Assembly (NCBI GenBank): GCA_964016885.1
Contig: OZ024745.1
Location: 2,728,001-2,792,000, forward strand
Source of the DNA: Eledone cirrhosa
Taxonomy: Eukaryota
Length of the DNA: 64,000 nucleotides
Direction: 5' to 3'
The notes under the pieces are model-generated. The model made no database searches. It was not told the origin of the DNA and saw only the letters and a list, made by a program, of their open reading frames with translations. Positions 56,501-64,000 of this stretch are shown here, piece by piece (the first letter of the stretch is position 1; the number at the start of each line of letters is the position of its first letter). The position numbers and the translations under genes were made by a program.

Positions 56501-59270
56501 AACGAGTTATATAATTATATAACAGTGTTGGTGGTTGTATGGTAGAACGAGTTATATAATTATATAACAGTGTTGGTGGTTGTATGGTAGAACCAGTTAT
56601 ATAATTATATAACAGTGTTGGTGGTTGTATGGTAGAACCAGTTATATAATTATATAACAGTGTTGGCGGTTGTATGGTAGAATCAGTTATATAATTATAT
56701 AACAGTGTTGGTGGTTGTATGGTAGAACCAGTTATATAATTATATAACAGTGTTGGCGGTGGTATGGTAGAACCAGTTATATAATTATATAACAGTGTTG
56801 GTGGTTGTATGGTAGAACCAGTTATATAATTATATAACAGTGTTGGTGGTTGTATGGTAGAACCAGTTATATAATTATATAACAGTGTTGGTGGTTGTAT
56901 GGTAGAACCAGTTATATAATTATATAACAGTGTTGGTGGTTGTATGGTAGAACGAGTTATATAATTATATAACAGTGTTGGTGGTTGTATGGTAGAACCA
57001 GTTATATAATTATATAACAGTGTTGGTGGTTGTATGGTAGAACCAGTTATATAATTATATAACAGTGTTGGTGGTTGTATGGTAGAACCACTGTTTATAT
57101 AATTATATAACAGTGTTGGCGGTTGTATGGTAGAACCAGTTATATAATTATATAACAGTGTTGGTGGTTGTATGGTAGAACGAGTTATATAATTATATAA
57201 CAGTGTTGGTGGTTGTATGGTAGAACGAGTTATATAATTATATAACAGTGTTGGTGGTTGTATGGTAGAACCAGTTATATAATTATATAACAGTGTTGGT
57301 GGTTGTATGGTAGAACGAGTTATATAATTATATAACAGTGTTGGTGGTTGTATGGTAGAACGAGTTATATAATTATATAACAGTGTTGGTGGTTGTATGG
57401 TAGAACCAGTTATATAATTATATAACAGTGTTGGTGGTTGTATGGTAGAACCACTGGTTATATAATTATATAACAGTGTTGGCGGTTGTATGGTAGAACC
57501 AGTTATATAATTATATAAAAGTGTTAGTGGTTGTATGGTAGAACGAGTTATATAATTATATAACAGTGTTGGTGGTTGTATGGTAGAACCAGTTATATAA
57601 TTATATAACAGTGTTGGGGGCTGTATGGTAGAACCACTGGTTATATAATTATATAACAGTGTTGGCGGTTGTATGGTAGAACCAGCTATATAATTATATA
57701 ACAGTTGGTGGTAGTTGTATGGTAGAACCAGTGATATAATTATATAACAGTGTTAGTGGTTGTATGGTAGAACCAGTTATATAATTATATAACAGTGTTG
57801 GTGGTTGTATGGTAGAACCAGTTATATAATTATATAACAGTGATGGTGGTTGTATGGTAGAAACAGTTATATAATTATATAACAGTGTTGGTGGTGGTAT
57901 GGTAGAACCAGTTATATAATTATATAACAGTGTTGGTGGTTGTATGGTAGAACCAGTTATATAATTATATAACAGTTGGTGGTTGTATGGTAGAACCAGT
58001 TATATAATTATATAACAGTGTTGGTGGTTGTATGGTAGAACGAGTTATATAATTATATAACAGTGTTGGTGGTTGTATGGTAGAACGAGTTATATAATTA
58101 TATAACAGTGTTGGTGGTTGTATGGTAGAACCAGTTATATAATTATATAACAGTGTTGGTGGTTGTATGGTAGAACCAGTTATATAATTATATAACAGTG
58201 TTGGCGGTTGTATGGTAGAATCAGTTATATAATTATATAACAGTGTTGGTGGTTGTATGGTAGAACCAGTTATATAATTATATAACAGTGTTGGCGGTGG
58301 TATGGTAGAACCAGTTATATAATTATATAACAGTGTTGGTGGTTGTATGGTAGAACCAGTTATATAATTATATAACAGTGTTGGTGGTTGTATGGTAGAA
58401 CCAGTTATATAATTATATAACAGTGTTGGTGGTTGTATGGTAGAACCAGTTATATAATTATATAACAGTGTTGGTGGTTGTATGGTAGAACGAGTTATAT
58501 AATTATATAACAGTGTTGGTGGTTGTATGGTAGAACCAGTTATATAATTATATAACAGTGTTGGTGGTTGTATGGTAGAACCAGTTATATAATTATATAA
58601 CAGTGTTGGTGGTTGTATGGTAGAACCACTGTTTATATAATTATATAACGGTGTTGGCGGTTGTATGGTAGAACCAGTTATATAATTATATAACAGTGTT
58701 GGTGGTTGTATGGTAGAACGAGTTATATAATTATATAACAGTGTTGGTGGTTGTATGGTAGAACGAGGTATATAATTATATAACAGTGTTGGTGGTTGTA
58801 TGGTAGAACCAGTTATATAATTATATAACAGTGTTGGTGGTTGTATGGTAGAACGAGTTATATAATTATATAACAGTGTTGGTGGTTGTATGGTAGAACG
58901 AGTTATATAATTATATAACAGTGTTGGTGGTTGTATGGTAGAACCAGTTATATAATTATATAACAGTGTTAGTGGTTGTATGGTAGAACCACTGGTTATA
59001 TAATTATATAACAGTGTTGGCGGTTGTATGGTAGAACCAGTTATATAATTATATAAAAGTGTTAGTGGTTGTATGGTAGAACGAGTTATATAATTATATA
59101 ACAGTGTTGGTGGTTGTATGGTAGAACCAGTTATATAATTATATAACAGTGTTGGGGGCTGTATGGTAGAACCACTGGTTATATAATTATATAACAGTGT
59201 TGGCGGTTGTATGGTAGAACCAGCTATATAATTATATAACAGTTGGTGGTAGTTGTATGGTAGAACCAGT
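44590..59270. repeat. Tandem duplication, period 7316 bp shifting to 7361 bp (one-monomer indel)
   Basis: Offset 7316: CTGTATAGTAG 44621/51937, GTTGGTGTGTGG 45375/52691. Offset 7361: AATGAG 46025/53386, GGTACAACTAG 47102/54463 and 48774/56135, GGGGGCTG 50255/57616 and 51793/59154. Confidence 0.92.
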
Positions 59271-62200
59271 GATATAATTATATAACAGTGTTAGTGGTTG
59301 TATGGTAGAACCAGTGATATAATTATATAACAGTGTTGGTGGTTGTATGGTAGAACCAGTTATATAATTATATAACAGTGATGGTGGTTGTATGGTAGAA
59401 ACAGTTATATAATTATATAACAGTGTTGGTGGTGGTATGGTAGAACCAGTGATATAATTATATAACAGTGTTGGTGGTGGTATGGTAGAACCAGTTATAT
59501 AATTATATAACAGTGTTGGTGGTTGTATGGTAGAACCAGTTATATAATTATATAACAGTGTTGGTGGTTGTATGGTAGAACCACTGGTTATATAATTATA
59601 TAACAGTGTTGGTGGTTGTATGGTAGAACGAGTTATATAATTATATAACAGTGTTGGTGGTTGTATGGTAGAACCAGTTATATAATTATATAACAGTGTT
59701 GGTGGTTGTATGGTAGAAACAGTTATATAATTATATAACAGTGTTGGCGGTTGTATGGTAGAACCACTTATATAATTATATAACAGTGTTGGTGGTTGTA
59801 TGGTAGAACCAGTTATATAATTATATAACAGTGTTGGCGGTTGTATGGTAGAACCAGTTATATAATTATATAACAGTGTTGGTGGTTGTATGGTAGAACC
59901 AGTTATATAATTATATAACAGTGTTGGTGGTTGTATGGTAGAACGAGTTATATAATTATATAACAGTGTTGGTGGTTGTATGGTAGAACCAGTTATATAA
60001 TTATATAACAGTGTTGGTGGTTGTATGGTAGAACCAGTTATATAATTATATAACAGTGTTGGTGGTTGTATGGTAGAACCAGTGATATAATTATATAACA
60101 GTGTTGGTGGTTGTATGGTAGAACCAGTTATATAATTATATAACAGTTGGTGGTTGTATGGTAGAACCAGTGATATAATTATATAACAGTGTTGGTGGTT
60201 GTATGGTAGAACGAGTTACATAATTATATAACAGTGTTGGTGGTTGTATGGTAGAACCAGTTATATAATTATATAACAGTTGGTGGTTGTATGGTAGAAC
60301 CAGTGATATTATTATATAACAGTGTTGGTGGCTGTATGGTAGAACCAGTTATATAATTATATAACAGTTGGTGGTTGTATAGTAGAACCACTGATATAAT
60401 TATATAACAGTGTTGGTGGTTGAATGGTAGAACCAGTGATATAATTATATAACAGTGTTGGCGGTTGTATGGTAGAACCAGTTATATAATTATATAACAG
60501 TGTTGGTGGTTGTATGGTAGAACCAGTTATATAATTATATAACAGTTGCTGGTTGTATGGTAGAACCAGTTATATAATTATATAACATTGTTGGTGGTTG
60601 TATGGTAGAACCAGTGATATAATTATATAACAGTGTTCGTGGTTGTATGGTAGAACCAGTTATATAATTATATAACAGTTGGTGGTTGTATGGTAGAACC
60701 AGTGATATAATTATATAACAGTGTTGGTGGCTGTATGGTAGAACCAGTTATATAATTATATAACAGTGTTGGTGGTTGTATGGTAGAACCAGTTATATAA
60801 ATATATAACAGTGTTGGTGGTTGTATGGTAGAACAAGTGATATAATTATATAACAGTGTTGGTGGTGGTATGGTAGAACCAGTTATATAATTATATAACA
60901 GTGTTGGTGGTGGTATGGTAGAACCAGTTATATAATTATATAACAGTGTTGGTGGTTGTATGGTAGAACCACTGGTTATATAATTATATAACAGTGTTGG
61001 TGGTTGTATGGTAGAACCAGTTATATAATTATATAACAGTGTTGGTGGTTGTATGGTAGAACCAGTGATATAATTATATAACAGTGTTGGTGGTGGTATG
61101 GTAGAACCAGTTATATAATTATATAACAGTGTTGGTGGTGGTATGGTAGAACCAGTTATATAATTATATAACAGTGTTGGTGGTTGTATGGTAGAACCAG
61201 TGATATAATTATATAACCGTGTTGGTGGTGGTATGGTAGAACCAGTTATATAATTATATAACAGTGTTGGTGGTTGTATGGTAGAACCAGTTATATAATT
61301 ATATAACAGTGTTGGTGGTTGTATGGTAGAACCACTGGTTATATAATTATATAACAGTGTTGGTGGTTGTATGGTAGAACCAGTTATATAATTATATAAC
61401 AGTTGGTGGTTGTATGGTAGAACCAGTTATATAATTATATAACAGTGTTGGTGGTTGTATGGTAGAACGAGTTATATAATCATATAACAGTGTTGGTGGT
61501 TGTATGGTAGAACGAGTTATATAATTATATAACAGTGTTGGTGGTTGTATGGTAGAACCAGTTATATAATTATATAACAGTGTTGGTGGTTGTATGGTAG
61601 AACCAGTTATATAATTATATAACAGTGTTGGTGGTTGTATGGTAGAACGAGTTATATAATTATATAACAGTGTTGGTGGTTTTATGGTAGAACGAGTTAT
61701 ATAATTATATAACAGTGTTGGTGGTTGTATGGTAGAACCAGTTATATAATTATATAACAGTGTTGGTGGTTGTATGGTAGAACCAGTTATATAATTATAT
61801 AACAGTGTTGGCGGTTGTATGGTAGAACCACTTATATAATTATATAACAGTGTTGGTGGTTGTATGGTAGAACCAGTTATATAATTATATAACAGTGTTG
61901 GCGGTTGTATGGTAGAACCAGTTATATAATTATATAACAGTGTTGGTGGTTGTATGGTAGAACCAGTTATATAATTATATAACAGTGTTGGTGGTTGTAT
62001 GGTAGAACCAGTTATATAATTATATAACAGTGTTGGTGGTTGTATGGTAGAACCAGTTATATAATTATATAACAGTGTTGGTGGTTGTATGGTAGAACCA
62101 GTGATATAATTATATAACAGTGTTGGTGGTTGTATGGTAGAACCAGTTATATAATTATATAACAGTTGGTGGTTGTATGGTAGAAGCAGTGATATAATTA

Positions 62201-64000
62201 TATAACAGTGTTGGTGGTTGTATGGTAGAACCAGTTACATAATTATATAACAGTGTTGGTGGTTGTATGGTAGAACCAGTTATATAATTATATAACAGTT
62301 GGTGGTTGTATGGTAGAACCAGTGATATAATTATATAACAGTGTTGGTGGCTGTATGGTAGAACCAGTTATATAATTATATTACAGTTGGTGGTTGTATA
62401 GTAGAACCAATGATATAATTATATAACAGTGTTGGTGGTTGTATGGTAGAACCAGTGATATAATTATATAACAGTGTTGGCGGTTGTATGGTAGAACCAG
62501 TTATATAATTATATAACAGTGTTGGTGGTTGTATGGTAGAACCAGTTATATAATTATATAACAGTTGGTGGTTGTATGGTAGAACCAGTTATATAATTAT
62601 ATCACAGTGTTGTTGGTTGTATGGTAGAACCAGTGATATAATTATATAACAGTGTTGGTGGTTGTATGGTAGAACCAGTTATATAATTATATAACAGTTG
62701 GTGGTTGTATGGTAGAACCAGTGATATAATTATATAACAGTGTTGGTGGTTGTATGGTAGAACCAGTTATATAATTATATAACAGTGTTGGTGGTTGTAT
62801 GGTAGAACCAGTTATATAATTATATAACAGTGTTGGTGGTTGTATGGTAGAACCAGTGATATAATTATATAACAGTGTTGGTGGTGGTATGGTAGAACCA
62901 GTTATATAATTATATAACAGTGTTGGTGGTGGTATGGTAGAACCAGTTATATAATTATATAACAGTGTTGGTGGTTGTGTGGTAGAACCGCTGGTTATAT
63001 AATTATATAACAGTGTTGGTGGTTGTATGGTAGAACCAGTTATATAATTATATAACAGTGTTGGTGGTTGTATGGTAGAACCAGTTATATAATTATATAA
63101 CAGTGTTGGTGGTTGTATGGTAGAACCACTGTTTATATAATTATATAACAGTGTTGGCGGTTGTATGGTAGAACCAGTTATATAATTATATAACAGTGTT
63201 GGAGGTTGTATGGTAGAACGAGTTATATACTTATATAACAGTGTTGGTGGTTGTATGGTAGAACGAGTTATATAATTATATAACAGTGTTGGTGGTTGTA
63301 TGGTAGAACCAGTTATATAATTATATAACAGTGTTGGTGGTTGTATGGTAGAACGAGTTATATAATTATATAACAGTGTTGGTGGTTGTATGGTAGAACG
63401 AGTTATATAATTATATAACAGTGTTGGTGGTTGTATGGTAGAACCAGTTATATAATTATATAACAGTGTTGGTGGTTGTATGGTAGAACCACTGGTTATA
63501 TAATTATATAACAGTGTTGGCGGTTGTATGGTAGAACCAGTTATATAATTATATAAAAGTGTTAGTGGTTGTATGGTAGAACGAGTTATATAATTATATA
63601 ACAGTGTTGGTGGTTGTATGGTAGAACCAGTTATATAATTATATAACAGTGTTGGGGGCTGTATGGTAGAACCACTGGTTATATAATTATATAACAGTGT
63701 TGGCGGTTGTATGGTAGAACCAGCTATATAATTATATAACAGTTGGTGGTAGTTGTATGGTAGAACCAGTGATATAATTATATAACAGTGTTGGTGGTTG
63801 TATGCTAGAACCAGTTATATAATTATATAACAGTGTTGGTGGTTGTATGGTAGAACCAGTTATATAATTATATAACAGTGATGGTGGTTGTATGGTAGAA
63901 ACAGTTATATAATTATATAACAGTGTTGGTGGTGGTATGGTAGAACCAGTTATATAATTATATAACAGTGTTGGTGGTGGTATGGTAGAACCAGTTATAT

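Larger units (their letters stand above)
1..64000. repeat. Tandem satellite array, 45-bp monomer (TGTTGGTGGTTGTATGGTAGAACCAGTTATATAATTATATAACAG), about 1,420 copies, single orientation, running off both window ends
   Basis: Positions 1-45 match the consensus, and the unit recurs throughout with mostly 0-2 substitutions per copy plus recurrent -2 (43 bp), +3 (48 bp) and -2/+3 (46 bp) variants. No non-repeat sequence seen. Confidence 0.99.

Noticed and set aside
1-64000. CRISPR array (palindromic repeat with regular spacing)
   Set aside because: The sequence between palindromes is near-identical in every unit, so there are no unique spacers. No leader or cas genes are present.
1-64000. Telomerase-made telomeric repeat (G/T-rich strand)
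   Set aside because: The 45-bp unit with an AT palindrome matches no telomere repeat I know, and kilobase blocks of inherited variants indicate recombinational amplification rather than templated addition. A subtelomeric location is not excluded.
1-64000. MITE/Helitron-derived array, or protelomerase/recombinase target array
   Set aside because: No element termini, target-site duplications or enzyme gene occur in the window. The only resemblance is a generic AT-rich palindrome.

Overview
The whole 64 kb window is one uninterrupted, head-to-tail tandem array (satellite or very large minisatellite) of a 45-bp monomer, consensus TGTTGGTGGTTGTATGGTAGAACCAGTTATATAATTATATAACAG (14/45 = about 31% GC; about 1,420 copies from length/45). 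I saw no unique DNA, orientation switch, real gene, RNA gene, transposon or CRISPR spacer. Each monomer pairs a G/T-rich, C-free half with a perfect 18-bp palindrome, GTTATATAATTATATAAC, whose core is (TTATATAA)x2. Monomers of 43, 46 and 48 bp recur. Rare variants act as barcodes and reveal nested kilobase-scale duplications (offsets 1304, 1538, 1672, 1795, 1850, 2284, 3226, 3465, 6548, 6885, 7316/7361 and about 13,770 bp), some of which can be ordered in time. The listed minus-strand ORFs are by-products of one stop-free frame in the monomer. The array size suggests eukaryotic heterochromatin (inference); I cannot assign an organism or named family, and I find no evidence of a novel gene system. 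Offsets were counted by hand and block boundaries are approximate to about one monomer.
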